A stretch of DNA of 64,000 nucleotides from Truepera sp. (GCA_965218435.1 CBDCKW010000005.1:416001-480000); one strand, 5' to 3'. Counted from the first letter of the stretch, positions 1 through 11,690 are shown. Numbers and translations are program-made. Notes: a model not told the origin generated them from the sequence alone.

Positions 1-400
1 GAGCTGCGCCCGTTGCTGCTGGCGGTGTTGCCGCTACCGGTCGAGGAAACTCGGTTATTTGCCGACGACGCCCCACGACCGCGAAGGCGCACCGCGACCC
101 TTGAGGAGTTGTTCGAGAAACATCCGGCGTTTTAAGGAGGTGTTGCTTGATGCGACGGAACAAGAGATACCTAAACCCAAAGACAAGACCAAGCGCAAGG
201 GAGACTCTACTCGGGCAAGAAAAAGCGCCACACTCTCAAAATCCAAGTGATCACGAGCCGGAGCGGCTTGCTGTTGCACGTGTCGCGGTCGGTCGCCGGT
301 AAGGTCAACGACCTGACCCTCTTGCGGGGCAGCGGCATCTTACGAGAACTCCCGCTGACCTGCCGGTGAGGCTCGACCGCGGCTACGACGGCATCACCCA
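1..400 (+). pseudogene. IS5/ISL2-like (DDE_Tnp_4) transposase remnant, frameshifted
   Basis: Frames piece together to VLLDATEQEIPKPK...YSGKKKRHTLKIQVI...GKVNDLTLLR...LDRGYDGI, typical DDE_Tnp_4 motifs. Confidence 0.75.
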
Positions 401-431
401 CAACTATCCTGAAAGAGGAAGGATTTTCAAC

Positions 432-1127
432 ATGACCATCACCTTGATCACCGGAGCCAACAAGGGTCTCGGCTACGAAACCGCTCGCCGTCTCGTGGTG
501 CAGGGCCACACGGTTTACGTGGGGGCGCGCAGCCCCGAGCGGGGGGAAGCCGCCGCGGCTGACCTCGGCGCAACGTTTGTCCCCCTCGACGTCACCGACG
601 ACGCATCCGTCCAGGCCGCGATGCGGATGATCGAGGCGCGCGACGGTCGGCTCGATGTCCTTGTCAACAACGCCGGGGTCTAGGACCGCCTAGCTGGTGC
701 CGACGGGCTCGACGGAGCCGTCGCCTTCGACCAGTTTGACACCAACGCCATCGGCGTGGTGCGGGTCACGCAGGTCGCGCTGCCGCTGCTCGAAAAGTCC
801 GAGAACCCGGTCGTCGTCAACGTCTCGAGCGGCCTCGGGTCCTTCGCGCTGGTGACCGACCCCGACTCCCACCAGTTCGGCGTGCACTCGATCGTCTATT
901 CGGCGACCAAGGCCGCGATCAATATGCTGACGGTCAGGTACGCGCAGGCCATACCGAGCGTCAAGTTCAACGCGGTGGACCCCGGTTTCCTCGCCACCGA
1001 CCTGCACGGGAACAACAGCGCGGAGGACCCCGCTGTGGGAGCCGAGGTCGTCGCGCGCTTCGCGACCATCGGGAAGGACGGCCCGACCGGCACCTTCCAG
1101 GCCAAGGACGGCGAGTTGGCGTGGTGA
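432..1127 (+). pseudogene. SDR oxidoreductase with internal stop (681-683) and small deletion
   Basis: TGANKGLG, LVNNAG, YSATK motifs split over two ORFs. Confidence 0.85.
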
Positions 1128-1197
1128 CTGTCGCTGCGGTAAACCACGTCGGCTTCACCACGCCTAACATTGTCCCCACTACCGAGAGGAGTGCGAC

Positions 1198-1325
1198 ATG
1201 AATGATGACGCCGGGAGCCGCGTCGCCGTCGTCACCGGCGCGGCGCGCGGGATCGGCAGGGCCTACGCGCAGCGCCTCGCCGCGGACGGTTTGCGCTTAG
1301 CCCTCGCCGACGTGCTGCCGTGCAG
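1198..1325 (+). pseudogene. SDR N-terminal fragment
   Basis: MNDDAGSRVAVVTGAARGIGRAYA, truncated. Confidence 0.75.
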
Positions 1326-1329
1326 TGCA

Positions 1330-1508
1330 AGGCTAACTTCGGCACTCCCTAACCGGCGTGATTGAGCCGGATGATGCTCGCAACCGGACCTTGACGTTCA
1401 GCCGTGGACTCAGTTCGAGTTCGCGTAAGGCTCCATCTTGCTCGGGTGTAAGTTTGAGAAAACGTAACGACCTCGCCATTCCTCAAATGATATACGGGAT
1501 GTACTTAG
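1330..1508 (-). mobile_element. IS630-family left-end remnant
   Basis: Minus strand reads MARSLRFLKLTPEQDGALRELE...KVRLRA, similar to the 25580 OrfA; end CTAAGTACA matches the IR at 25532. Confidence 0.7.
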
Positions 1509-1728
1509 CTGCTATATCATGCACGCGGAGGTGTAAACTCAAAACGATTTGGCATAACCTGTCAGCGTTAACCTTGAGGTATGTGGCGCGGCGAATACCG
1601 ACTATGCCAAACTCGAGAAAAACATATAGAGTTCGCTGGCGGCGGACGAGGTGCAGATAAGATGGGCGATATGTCATCTCGAGCACCTCTAGCTAACCAA
1701 CCGGTTATTCAGCAAGAAAGGAAACGTC

Positions 1729-2150
1729 ATGACTAAAGTTTGGTTCATCACGGGTGCCTCAAAGGTTTTGGAAGGGAATGGGCAGAAGCTGCTTTAGAAC
1801 GAGGTGATAAGGTGGCCGCGACCGCTCGCCGACTCGCGACGCTAGACGCGCTCGTCGTTACCTACGGCGACGCGCTTTTACCCCTTCAGCTCGACGTCAC
1901 CGATAAGGGTGACGACTTTGATGCGGTGAAAAGAGCCGCCGACCACTTCGGCGCACTCGACCTCGTCGTCAACAACGTTGGCTACGGTCACTTCGGTATG
2001 ATCGAGGAACTGACCGAGGAAGAGGTGCGTGCGCAGCTCGAGACGAACTTTTTTGGTGCCCTGTGGGTGACGCAAGCAGCGCTGCCGATCATGCGCGTCC
2101 AGGGCTCGGGTCACATCATCCAGGTGTCGAGTATCGGCGGCGTAGGCGCT
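1729..2150 (+). pseudogene. SDR oxidoreductase, frameshifted and 3'-truncated
   Basis: MTKVWFITGASK then frameshift to GFGREWAEAAL...VVNNVGYG...IIQVSSIGG; YxxxK missing. Confidence 0.85.
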
Positions 2151-2224
2151 CAACATCACTGCTGCCAACAAAACGCCTACCCCAACCCGGGACGTTTTTT
2201 GTCTTAGTATCATTGCTCACCTCC

Positions 2225-2548
2225 CTAGATTTTGTTGGACGGGTACCGCGCGTCCGCTCCTCCGCGCCGATTTGAGTTCGACCCGCCGCGCTTGGGTTTC
2301 GACATGTTTGCCATCTGCCTGAGCATGAATTTGGGAGCGATCCGGCTCATGGCGGCCAGCACATTACTGAGACCAGGACGGATCTCCACCTTGCCCGCTT
2401 CAATTGCGGCGATCACGCGACTGGCGAGCACCTTCACGTCCACGCCCTTCTGCCCCTTCATCTCCTCCTCGAACTCGCCCCGAAAGAGCGGCGTCTCAGT
2501 TCCGGGCGGGGCAAGCTCGACCACCGTAACGTCCGTCCCCTCGAGCTG
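2225..2548 (-). pseudogene. SDR (DltE-like) C-terminal fragment
   Basis: QLEGTDVTVVELAPPGTETPL motif. Confidence 0.7.
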
Positions 2549-2649
2549 AGCGGGTGTGTCAGAGACGGCTGTTAGGCTAAGACCAGCTCGTAAGCATAAG
2601 TGGGCTTAGGTGAGCCGTTACCAAAATTCAGACCTGCTAGACTAAAGTC

Positions 2650-3369
2650 ATGACCAAGCATAACGTCGTCCCTATGAAAACCATCGGCATTTTGGGTGGG
2701 ATGAGTAACGTAGCTACAACGACTTACTATAAAGGCATCAACCAGCGCGTCAACGAGCTGCTGGGCGGGTACAACATCGCTGAAATCATCATGCACAGTG
2801 TGAACTTCGCCAATATCGAAGCCTTTGTTCGAGGGGACGAATGGGACGCTTCGGCTGAGTATCTGGTTGACAAGGCGCAAAAGCTGGAGCGAGCCGGCGC
2901 AGACTTTTTGCTGTGTGTTTCAAATACGATGCACCGCGTTGCACCCCAAATCGAAGCGGCCGTAAGTGTTCCCTTTTTGCATATCGCGGAACCTACCGCC
3001 AAAGCAATCAAAGCAGCAGACTTCCAAACGGTCGGTTTACTAGGAACGATGCCCGTGATGAATGCAAACTATATGCGCGATTACTATGCCAAGCACGGTA
3101 TTGAGGTTTTAGTCCCTAATCAAGACGATATGAAATTAGTTGACACGGTTATCTTCGACGAACTTGTTAAAGACAACGTTGACAGCAGCTCGAAAGAGCA
3201 GTTTGTAAGAATTGCTAAGCTACTCCAAAGCCAAGGTGCACAGGGGATTATTCTAGGTTGCACAGAAATTGCCATGCTCCTAAAACCGGAGGATGTTGCC
3301 GACCTACCGCTGCTCGATACCACGGCCCTGCACGTTGCTGCCGCAGCGACCCTAGCCGTTCAAAGCTAG
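2650..3369 (+). CDS. Aspartate/glutamate racemase family (YgeA/RacX-like)
   Basis: MKTIGILGGMS, SNTMH, ILGCTEI; start may be 2674. Confidence 0.92.
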   Translation: MTKHNVVPMKTIGILGGMSNVATTTYYKGINQRVNELLGGYNIAEIIMHSVNFANIEAFVRGDEWDASAEYLVDKAQKLERAGADFLLCVSNTMHRVAPQIEAAVSVPFLHIAEPTAKAIKAADFQTVGLLGTMPVMNANYMRDYYAKHGIEVLVPNQDDMKLVDTVIFDELVKDNVDSSSKEQFVRIAKLLQSQGAQGIILGCTEIAMLLKPEDVADLPLLDTTALHVAAAATLAVQS

Positions 3370-3599
3370 GCTGCATGAGGGGCCAGCTCGCACCTCTTCC
3401 GCTGCGCAAGCTGAGACAGAAAACCCAAGTTGAATAAATAGATGAGTAGCTACTCAATTCTCTTTGACGTTTCCGTCTTCGTCACGCTCGAGCTTAGACT
3501 TCATGCCGGGTTGTGGTTCATGCACCGTATTTTCGGACAGGTCTTCGCCCTGCGCTTCTTTGGGCTTGGTCTGGTAACTTTGGACAGCCAAAGTATAGC

Positions 3600-4130
3600 C
3601 TAAGCCGCCAAGGCAGCTAAAGCCCTTGGCGGGTGCTGCGAACGCTCGTAGGTTGCCGGGGTCTCGTAGCCGAGCGAACTGTGGAGCCGTTCGCGGTTGT
3701 AATAAATCTCGATGAACTCGAAAATGGCCGTGCGGGCTTCAGCTCGGGTGGCGAAGCGTTCGCGGGGGTAGACGAATTCCCGTTTAAGCGTGACCCAGAA
3801 ACTTTCGATGACGGCGTTGTCGAAGCAGGCTCCTCGACCGGTAAAGCTTGGCAGTATGCCCTGAGCCGCGAGGTTGCTACCGTAGTAGTGGCTAGTGTAT
3901 TGACCTCCGCGGTCCGACCCTTGAATCAGTCCAGGCGCGGGCTTTCGCTTAGTGACGGCGCTCTGCAACGCTTGCACCACCAGCTCAGTCTTCATGTGCT
4001 CGGCCATGGCGTAGCCCACCATCCGCTTGGAAAAACCGTCGATGACGCCCGCTAGATAGAGCCAACCTTCGTCCGTGGGAATGTAGGTGATATCAACGTG
4101 CCACAACTGGTCGATGCCGGTGAGCTCGAG
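3600..4130 (-). pseudogene. IS3-family OrfB (rve) C-terminal remnant
   Basis: WHVDITYI, SDRGGQY, DNAVIESF, YNRERLHSSLGY. Confidence 0.9.
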
Positions 4131-4602
4131 ACCGTCGCCGCCGTGTGCGAGGTATGGCCGGAGGAGTTCCCGCTCTCGGTCAGGTTCGGCGTGATCGAAT
4201 ATGATGGTCGCGACGAGGAAACCCTGACGGAGTCGATAGCATTGGTGAAGCAGATGAAGGCGACAGGAGTCGACATCCTGAGCGTCAGCATGGGCTTCTC
4301 GACCATGACCGCGCAAATCCCGTGGGTTCATGGCTCCGGTCGCCGAACGGGTAAGGCGAGAGGCGGATTTGCCGGTCGCGATCGCCTGGGGCATGGGCAC
4401 CCCGAAGCTCGCCGACGCCGCCGTGCGGAACGGCCAAGGCGATATCGTCAAGATCGGACGGGCTCTCCTCGCCAATCCTCACTGGCCGTACGTGGCTGCA
4501 GCAGCGCTGGGAGTGGAGCGCCCCTCCTGGGCGACCCTTCCGCCGCCCTACGCCTATTGGCTCGAGCGCTATCACCCGGAAACTGGGGTCGCGCCGGTGT
4601 AG
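4125..4602 (+). pseudogene. NADH:flavin oxidoreductase C-terminal fragment, frameshifted
   Basis: LETVAAVCEVWPEEFPLSVRFG; DIVKIGRALLANPHWP. Confidence 0.85.
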
Positions 4603-4632
4603 CGGCCTGCAGGCGCGTGCGGGAGGACCTCG

Positions 4633-4854
4633 CTACTGCGATGCCAGCAAGAGCGATGCCGCACCGTTCAGGTCGGTGACCTCGGTGCACGGTAGCCAGT
4701 CCGGATTGCCGGCTTCGAGCCGGCGGTTCACCCAGGTGCCTCTTAGGCCCAATTCGTGACAGGCCTTCATATCCCAGTACATCCCCATGGCCACATGCAC
4801 CGTTTCGGTCGGCCTCACGCCCATGGCGCGGTAGGTATAGAGAACTGCAATCAT
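4633..4854 (-). pseudogene. Haloacid dehalogenase C-terminal fragment
   Basis: VHVAMGMYWDMKACHELGLRGTWVNR. Confidence 0.75.
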
Positions 4855-5152
4855 CGGCGTCTCGTGCCCGCGTTCATTGCAACTGGGCGCATAAAGGCTG
4901 CATGGGGGATCGCAATCATCGGGGTTGTGCCCACACTGATTGCACGGCAGGGGCGACGCATGAGATTAGATTTGTCTCGCCTGCCGCGCCCTGACGTATG
5001 ATGACGCGCCCTCGCGATTGCGGGGGGCGGAGCATGTCGATCGAGAAGCTGGGACGGTATCTTGGTGCGGTCGAGGACTGACCTTCTCCCGGGAAACAGG
5101 TCCAGGCTGAACGAGAGGAAGCGGCCTAATCTAGAGCACCAAGGAGGCTCAG

Positions 5153-5419
5153 ATGAAAGGGTCGAAGTCCACTGAAAAGCAGATCGCCTTTGCCTTGAAG
5201 CAGGCAGAGTCAGGGATACCGGTTGCCGAAGTGTGCCGCAAGATGGGCGTTTCGGAAAACACCTTTTACGCTTGGAAAAAGAAGTTCTCGGGGCTCGGCG
5301 TGTCCGAGCTGCGGCGCTTGCGGCAGCTCGAGGAAGAGAATAGGAAACTCAAGCAGCTGGTAGCCGACCTGAGCTTGGACAAGGCGATGCTGCAGGACGT
5401 GCTCTCAAAAAAGTTGTGA
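5153..5419 (+). CDS. IS3 transposase OrfA
   Basis: QIAFALKQAESG, LRQLEEENRKLKQLVADL. Confidence 0.92.
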   Translation: MKGSKSTEKQIAFALKQAESGIPVAEVCRKMGVSENTFYAWKKKFSGLGVSELRRLRQLEEENRKLKQLVADLSLDKAMLQDVLSKKL

Positions 5420-6248
5420 AGCCAGCCGGGATGCGGTAACTTGTGCTGAGGTTGCAACAAGGCTACCGGGTGAGCGAACGCCGAGCCGTGAAAGCTCTGG
5501 GAGCGCACCGCTCAGCGATACGTTACCGACCTAAGCGCCCAGCGCTCGACGCGCCTGTTCGTAAGCGGATCGAGGAGATCGCCGCCGTGAGGATTCGCTA
5601 CGGCTACCGGCGGATTCACGTCCTCTTGCAGCGCGAGGGCTGGAACGTCAACCTCAAGCGGGTGTACCGCATCTACTGTCTAGCGGGACTCAACCTCAGG
5701 AGTAAGCGTCCGCTAAGAAGGCGGATGGCGAACCACCGCGTCGCCCGGCCCGACGTCACCCAAGCCAATGATTGCTGGAGTATGGACTTCGTTTCGGACG
5801 CGCTTTTCAACGGCAAACGCTTCCGCGCTCTGACCGTCATGGACCAGTACACCCGCGAGTGCCTAACGATTCACGCCGATCAGCACATCAAGGGAGAGCA
5901 GGTCTCAGCGTCGTGCGTGAACTTGCCGCCAAGCGTGGCGTCCCCAGACGCATTCAGACCGATAACGGTAGCGAGTTCATCAGCAAAGCGCTCGACAAAT
6001 GGGCATACGAGCAGGGAGTCACCATGGATTTCTCCCGCCCTGGACGTCCTACGGACAATCCCTTCATCGAATCGTTCAACGGTTCATTTAGAGATAAGTG
6101 CCTCAATACCAACTGGTTTCTAAGCCTTGAAGATGCCCGCGAGAAGATCGAAACTTGGCAGGTGGAGTACAACGAGTTTCGTCCCCATTCGTCTTTGGGA
6201 AACATCCCGCCTAGACAGTTCGCCGAGCAGGTCTTAAGCTCTCAATAA
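5416..6248 (+). pseudogene. IS3 transposase OrfB with extra frameshift near 5905
   Basis: WSMDFVSD and DNGSEF...ESFNG lie in different frames. Confidence 0.88.
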
Positions 6249-6295
6249 AGCGCGATGCGGTAGCCCTCCCCGGACCAATTTCTGGCAGCGGCTCA

Positions 6296-6952
6296 TCAAG
6301 GCCCGATCCGGTAACACGACCTGGTCCCGATCTGGGGTGAGGCTCGGAGGCGTGTCTCTATGACGGCAGCAACTAGTCCATTCGCGAGACGCTCGATGGC
6401 GTCTGGGTCCAGGGCCTTCCGACGCACCAAGAGTCTCCAATAAAGCGGGCCGATCAGAATATCCAGCGCAACGTCGACATCACAGTCGGCTGGCAGTTCT
6501 CCGCGGTCGATTCCCCGGCGAAGGAGCTCCGCGTAGCGCAGTCTTCGTGGACCTTCGACTGTGTCGCGAAGAAGTATCTCCAACTCCGGATCGCGGTCCA
6601 TCTCCGCCGCAACGGCTGGAATGATGCGGCTTGCCAGCGGATGACGAAACACGGTGGTCATCTGCTTGGTCAGTTCCAGCACGTCGCCTTGGAACGACCC
6701 GGTGTCAGGTAGCTCGTCCGCTTGCGCGGTGACGTTGGTTATCAGAGCGATCGCCATAGCCTTCTTCGTGGGCCACCGGCGGTAGACGGCAGCCTTTCCA
6801 ACGCCAGCTCTTCTCACGATCGAATCGACCGTTAGTTTCCCGTAGCCAACTTCTGCAAGTTCGACGAAAAAGGCCTTGGTAATCGCTGTGGTGACACGGT
6901 CGTGCAGCCGCGGATCGAGCACCTGTCCTGTATGATCGTTGGAAGCGTTCAC
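6296..6952 (-). CDS. TetR/AcrR family regulator
   Basis: IVRRAGVGKAAVYRRWPTK HTH. Confidence 0.92.
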   Translation of the reverse strand: MNASNDHTGQVLDPRLHDRVTTAITKAFFVELAEVGYGKLTVDSIVRRAGVGKAAVYRRWPTKKAMAIALITNVTAQADELPDTGSFQGDVLELTKQMTTVFRHPLASRIIPAVAAEMDRDPELEILLRDTVEGPRRLRYAELLRRGIDRGELPADCDVDVALDILIGPLYWRLLVRRKALDPDAIERLANGLVAAVIETRLRASPQIGTRSCYRIGP

Positions 6953-6971
6953 GGTGTCATCCTACCACTTG

Positions 6972-7033
6972 CGGAACGGTTGCGTTCCGTTTTCTACCGT
7001 GGTATAGTTCACAACGAGACGGAACGGTTCCGT
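6972..7033. promoter_or_regulatory. Two palindromic operators between divergent TetR and Dabb genes
   Basis: CGGAACG-gttg-CGTTCCG and ACGGAAC-g-GTTCCGT flank a TATAGT -10. Confidence 0.7.
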
Positions 7034-7058
7034 TTATTGAATGAAAGGAGTGAAGATC

Positions 7059-7478
7059 ATGATCTATCACGTAAATCGAGTGGCGTTCAAAGCAGATGTC
7101 AGTGCGGAAGACAAGCGTCACAGTCTGGACTTGCTCCGCAAACAGGGTGAAGCCATTCCTGCCGTGAAGTCTTTCGTCGTCGGCACCGACCTCGGAGGAG
7201 ACTACGAGATTGGAGCTATCTTCGTGCTTGAGAATCTTGACGGGTTGTGGGAGTATCTCATCCATCCCATTCACTTCGAGTCAGAGAAGTGGGGATTCCA
7301 TCTTGTTGAACGCTTCGAGGCATTCGACACCACCGACTCCGACGACCCTGAATACGGCGAGAAGATCGCCGCACTGCAAACGCGCAGCTACCAAGAGAAC
7401 CCGGAGCTTGCAGAACTAGTGGCCCAGGTTCCAACCTTTACCGCGCCGGGTGACTTGGGCTCGCCGGAGCAGGTCTGA
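7059..7478 (+). CDS. Dabb family (stress-responsive A/B barrel) protein
   Basis: MIYHVNRVAFK, IPAVKSFVVG, YLIHPIH; AAGGAG RBS. Confidence 0.8.
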   Translation: MIYHVNRVAFKADVSAEDKRHSLDLLRKQGEAIPAVKSFVVGTDLGGDYEIGAIFVLENLDGLWEYLIHPIHFESEKWGFHLVERFEAFDTTDSDDPEYGEKIAALQTRSYQENPELAELVAQVPTFTAPGDLGSPEQV

Positions 7479-7974
7479 CATTTCGAGAGGGCGACAAGTT
7501 GAGAGCAAATTGCCGCCCCTTCTGGAGGGGAACTTAGACTTGGGCTGGCGCGTGTGGGTCGACTCACGGACGCGCCATTTATCGCTGCGAAGATCTGGCC
7601 ACAGAGCGTTGCGGTTCACACCCCCATACTGAGGCGGCGCGTCTTGCTGTGAAACGCAGACTCGAAATCAATGCCCCAGTACTTCCCACAGATATCGGCT
7701 TTCGTTATATTACAGGTCATGGAGTTGCGTCTGTATAACAAGCTGAGGGTGTTGCCTAGGTTGCGTTAGCCCAGACAGTGTGGCCATAAGTTGATTTTCA
7801 CACCCTCACCCATGCGTGGGGCAAGGCGCATCGCCGGATACCAGGGTGCCAATACGTTGGCATGATCTGTTCAGATATGCGTACGCTGTGCCTGCCTCAT
7901 CATAGGAGGTGCAAAGCAGCATGATCATGATAGGTCGTGACCCGCATCTGATGTGACTCCGAAAACCCGAGGGC

Positions 7975-8299
7975 GGCCGGGTGGTTCTACACCGGCTTCA
8001 TGGCCTACCGCACGGCGCGCTCACATCAGTTCGGACTGCACCGCGTGTGGATGATCCGCAACTACGCGCTTTCGTTCGCGGCGGTGCTCTTACGGGTCGG
8101 GATCGCGCTCGGGCTACTTTACACGATGCGCTACCCGGACGGCCCGATCACGCGCGAGGCGACCTACACCACCAGCGTGTGGGGTTCTTTTGTGGTGTCC
8201 TATGTCGTCGCCGAGTGGTTTATTGTGCAGCGCACGCTCGGCCCGCTGGTTCAGAAGTCGAAGGTGGCAAGAGCGCCCGCCTCCAACACGAACGTTTAG
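7975..8299 (+). pseudogene. DUF2306-like membrane protein, C-terminal fragment
   Basis: HRVWMIRNYALSFAAVLLR motif; no N-terminus. Confidence 0.7.
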
Positions 8300-8394
8300 A
8301 TTCGCCGTCGCCTACTCGCTTCACGCCTGAGTCTCGACTTTCGTCCTGTCATGAAGGCGTGCAAGGCTCCTTTGTAGCCCGGTCTATCTCCATA

Positions 8395-9239
8395 GAGCCC
8401 ATCTCAAAAGTGCCTCAATAGAATAATGATGCAGGCAAGCTGAACAAAAGCGGGGTAGTTCCCAGCATGATGCGAACAGGCAAGCGTCTGAAGTTGTAAA
8501 GCCAACTAAAGCAGCGCTCGACTTTCCATCTGCGCTTGTACTGGCGTAGCTTACGACCATTTTGCGTCTCAGCTTTTTTGCGGTTACGCCGGTGTGGTGC
8601 AATCGTGTCTATACCGAATTGGGCTAGCTCCGCGTCTAACGGGTCACTGTCATAAGCTTTGTCACCAATCAGACGTTGGGGTAGATCGGTGACAAAGCTT
8701 GTTTCAATAGTGCTTGTAGTACCCGCACTAGCGGGGGCCTAGTGGCCCTAAACTGTGACAAGCTTGACTTCGTACCTTTGAGCAGTTCGTATATCAGTGG
8801 CGAGCGGAAGACCATGAGCGTCTGTAACGGCCATAATCTCGGTGCCTTCGCCGCGTTTGGTTTTGCCGACTTCGAAATCCCTTTTTTAGCCGGGGCAAAG
8901 GTGCCGTCAATGAAGCATTCGGACAAGTCAATATCTCCTCGAGCGTGTAGGTCATGAGCTAGTCGCTCGAGGATAGCAGGCATCACCGCCGTCTTTGTCC
9001 AACTCTGAAGTCGGTGGCACGTTTGATAAGGCGGATACCGCTCGGGCATAGCTTTCTACGGTGCGCCAGTTCTTAAAATCCGTAGAACCCCATGCACCTC
9101 GCTAGCGTCGCGTCTGGGTCGGCCTCTTGGCTTAGCTGCCGGGAACAATCCAGCAAGCCGTTCCCACTGCTTAGCCGTTAAGTCCATCTCTTGACTTTAT
9201 GCAGCTCTTTACCCTCACTATGCTTTTTGAGATACGCTC
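8395..9239 (-). mobile_element. IS5-family element, decayed
   Basis: IRs GAG(CC/CG)xATCTCAAAA flanked by TA; PERYPPYQTCHR, ECFIDGTF; several stops. Confidence 0.85.
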
Positions 9240-9395
9240 TACTTGCTACTGAATTCTAACTACGCCCGTGTCTGGCGGTAAACGTCGCAGTGGACGTTTT
9301 GAAACGTCAACAGAACCTAGCGCAGCAGAAGTTGACGTTGTCTTTATTTCCGCTTTATCACCGAGGCACTCTGATTGACGCTCGAGAATAACCCT

Positions 9396-10292
9396 TTACG
9401 AGCTGTTCTCCCGAAAGTTGCGTAGAAGCAGGCCGACCCAACTGCGGTAGGGACGCCACTGACCGGCGAGCCTCTCCAGGGTAGCCAAATCGGGTTCGTC
9501 ACCCAGATGATAGACGGTTGCCATCGCTCGGTGCAGACTCTTCTCGGTGCGGGGAAAGATATCGGGGTCGCCGACGCCGCGGATCAGAATAAATTCAGCC
9601 GAGAAAGGCCCGATGCCGGGCAGCTCTTGAAGGTAGGACAGCACCTCATCACGCGCCAGCTCACGCAGCCGGGTAAGGCTGAGCTGACCGCTTGCCGCAG
9701 CAGCGCCGAGGACGCGCAACTGCTCAACCTTGCGTTCAGCCAGACCCTGGATCGGGGGGAGGTCTGCAAGCCGCTCAGGAGCGGGGAAGGTGTGCATCAC
9801 GTGGTCCCCAACCTCAACGCGGACGCCGTGTTCTTCGGCGAGGCGGTCAGTGACCGCGGCGGCCTGTTTGACAGCGAGTCGGTGGCCGATAATCATCCGT
9901 GCCGCGGCTTCGTAGGGGCTGGAGTAGAGCAGGGGGCGTAGCCCTGGGTAACGCTGTTCAAGGCCGGCAACAACCTCATCACGAGCCGTAACTTCGGCAA
10001 AACCGGTCCCCTCAACGTCGAGGGAGAGGATGCGCTCGAGCTGGGTACGCACTTCACCTTTCGCCGCTCCGCCGGGATTGGCGAACACCCTGGCGTGGAC
10101 CCCGGCATCGTCCTGACTGACCCGCACACCGACAGGCGAGTCTTCTAAGAGAAACGCGAGTTCCAGCACCCCGGCGTCGCCTTGAGTGCGACTCGAGTCT
10201 CCTATAAAGGAAGCGCGGGCTGCTACAGAAACGCTCGTCGCCAGCGAGAAGGTACCCGTAAACTGTAAGTCGATAGCGTTAGTACTGGACAT
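9396..10292 (-). CDS. DNA-3-methyladenine glycosylase II (AlkA/HhH-GPD)
   Basis: LQELPGIGPFSA HhH, WRPYRSW. Confidence 0.88.
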   Translation of the reverse strand: MSSTNAIDLQFTGTFSLATSVSVAARASFIGDSSRTQGDAGVLELAFLLEDSPVGVRVSQDDAGVHARVFANPGGAAKGEVRTQLERILSLDVEGTGFAEVTARDEVVAGLEQRYPGLRPLLYSSPYEAAARMIIGHRLAVKQAAAVTDRLAEEHGVRVEVGDHVMHTFPAPERLADLPPIQGLAERKVEQLRVLGAAAASGQLSLTRLRELARDEVLSYLQELPGIGPFSAEFILIRGVGDPDIFPRTEKSLHRAMATVYHLGDEPDLATLERLAGQWRPYRSWVGLLLRNFRENSS

Positions 10293-10415
10293 CGTAGCCT
10301 CCTATGGGTTGAGCTGAAACCGGGGCTACCCCAGCCCGGCGATGAAAGGGCAGCAGGACAAGCCGGTTCGCCCCTGTTGAACACTTTTATGACGTTACAC
10401 CTGCTCCAAAGCCTC

Positions 10416-11339
10416 TTACATCCCGGTTACGATGATCTTGCCGTGGGCGTGGCCCGACGCCTGACGCGCTAACGCCTCGCCGATTTGCGCTACCGAGAAC
10501 GTCTGAGCGACTAAAACCTCTATTGACTTGTCCTGAATTTCAGCCACCAAGGTCTGCAGGGGGATGCCGTCGCGCGTAAGCTGCACCATGCTGACGGAAA
10601 CGCCTTTGGCCCTCGCGGTCTCTTCGTCGGGCGGTGAAACGGTCGAAACGAGGTAACCGCCCGACTTCAGCACCTCAAACGACCGCCTTTGGGTCTCGCC
10701 GCCGACGGTATCGAGGACCACGTCCACGTCATGCACCGCATTCACAAAATCCTCAGATTTATAGTCGATCACCTGGTCTGCCCCGAGGTTTCGTACCGCC
10801 TCGATGCCATCGCCGGAGGCTGTCGCCAAGACATGTGCACCGACGGCGTGAGCGAACTGGACGGCAAAACTGCCGACCCCGCCAGCACCGGCGTGGATCA
10901 GCACCGTTTGGCCCTCTTTAAGACCCGCTGTTTTGAATAGCGCCAGCCACGCCGTACCCGCCGCCGTCGGAATCCCGGCTGCGCTCGTGAAAGGTAGCGA
11001 GGGCGGCAGCGCCGCGCAAGCGTCGGCGGGCAGCTCCGCAAATTCAGCGAGCGCGCCACCTGTAGCTGGCTTAAGTCTGCCAATCACCCTGTCTCCAGGT
11101 TGCCAAGCCGTGACCTCAGCGCCAACTTGGGCAACCGTGCCGGTGAGGTCTGTGCCCAAGGTGTAGGGAAAGGGTAGCGGGAAAAACTTCGCCATCTTGC
11201 CCGCTTTCAGCTGATCGTCAAGGGGGTTGAGCGCCGCCGCCTCGACCCGGACGAGCACCTCGTCGGGTTTGATTTCGGGTGTAGGCACGTCCTCGAGCTT
11301 CGCCTCGTCCTTATAGTTGTGAATACGCACTGCTTTCAT
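10416..11339 (-). CDS. NADP-dependent oxidoreductase (MDR/quinone oxidoreductase)
   Basis: AAALNPLD, IHAGAGGVGSFAVQ, GKIIV. Confidence 0.92.
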   Translation of the reverse strand: MKAVRIHNYKDEAKLEDVPTPEIKPDEVLVRVEAAALNPLDDQLKAGKMAKFFPLPFPYTLGTDLTGTVAQVGAEVTAWQPGDRVIGRLKPATGGALAEFAELPADACAALPPSLPFTSAAGIPTAAGTAWLALFKTAGLKEGQTVLIHAGAGGVGSFAVQFAHAVGAHVLATASGDGIEAVRNLGADQVIDYKSEDFVNAVHDVDVVLDTVGGETQRRSFEVLKSGGYLVSTVSPPDEETARAKGVSVSMVQLTRDGIPLQTLVAEIQDKSIEVLVAQTFSVAQIGEALARQASGHAHGKIIVTGM

Positions 11340-11415
11340 CGTTGAGACTTCCTTTGCTACTAGCGACCGAACCGGCCTGCCCAAATTGAGTACAGTCAAC
11401 TTTTTGTCGGTCTCC

Positions 11416-11600
11416 TATAGGTTGTAAAGTGCTTTCAGCCCCTCTTGTAAGTGAGATAGGCTTGCGCCCGAGTAGGTTCTCCAACTCAGGGCTCACTCCG
11501 TCTTCTTGCCCGTTCTTGATGTCAGTCACAAACCCTACTGCCCGCTTAACAATGATTTCGGGTGTGCCGCGTTCTCTGTCCTCGTCATATAGGCTAGGAC
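11416..11600 (-). pseudogene. NmrA/QorB-like C-terminal fragment
   Basis: FVTDIKNGQEDGVSPELENLLGRKPISL. Confidence 0.55.
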
Positions 11601-11690
11601 GGCTGGTTCGAGCTCTTCCTTACGCCCCTCGAGCAAGCTGGTAGTGGTGAAAGACGCTGCACGCAGAGAACTAGAAGCGCGCATAGGCTT

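Larger units (their letters stand above)
5079..6295 (+). mobile_element. IS3-family element (IS407-like)
   Basis: TG...CA imperfect IRs (TGACC...GGTCC / GGACC...GCTCA), OrfA/OrfB, A7G slippery site near 5406. Confidence 0.9.

Noticed and set aside
3600..4475. 291-aa ORF as a novel fusion protein
   Set aside because: An IS3 remnant read through into the antisense of a flavin oxidoreductase fragment.
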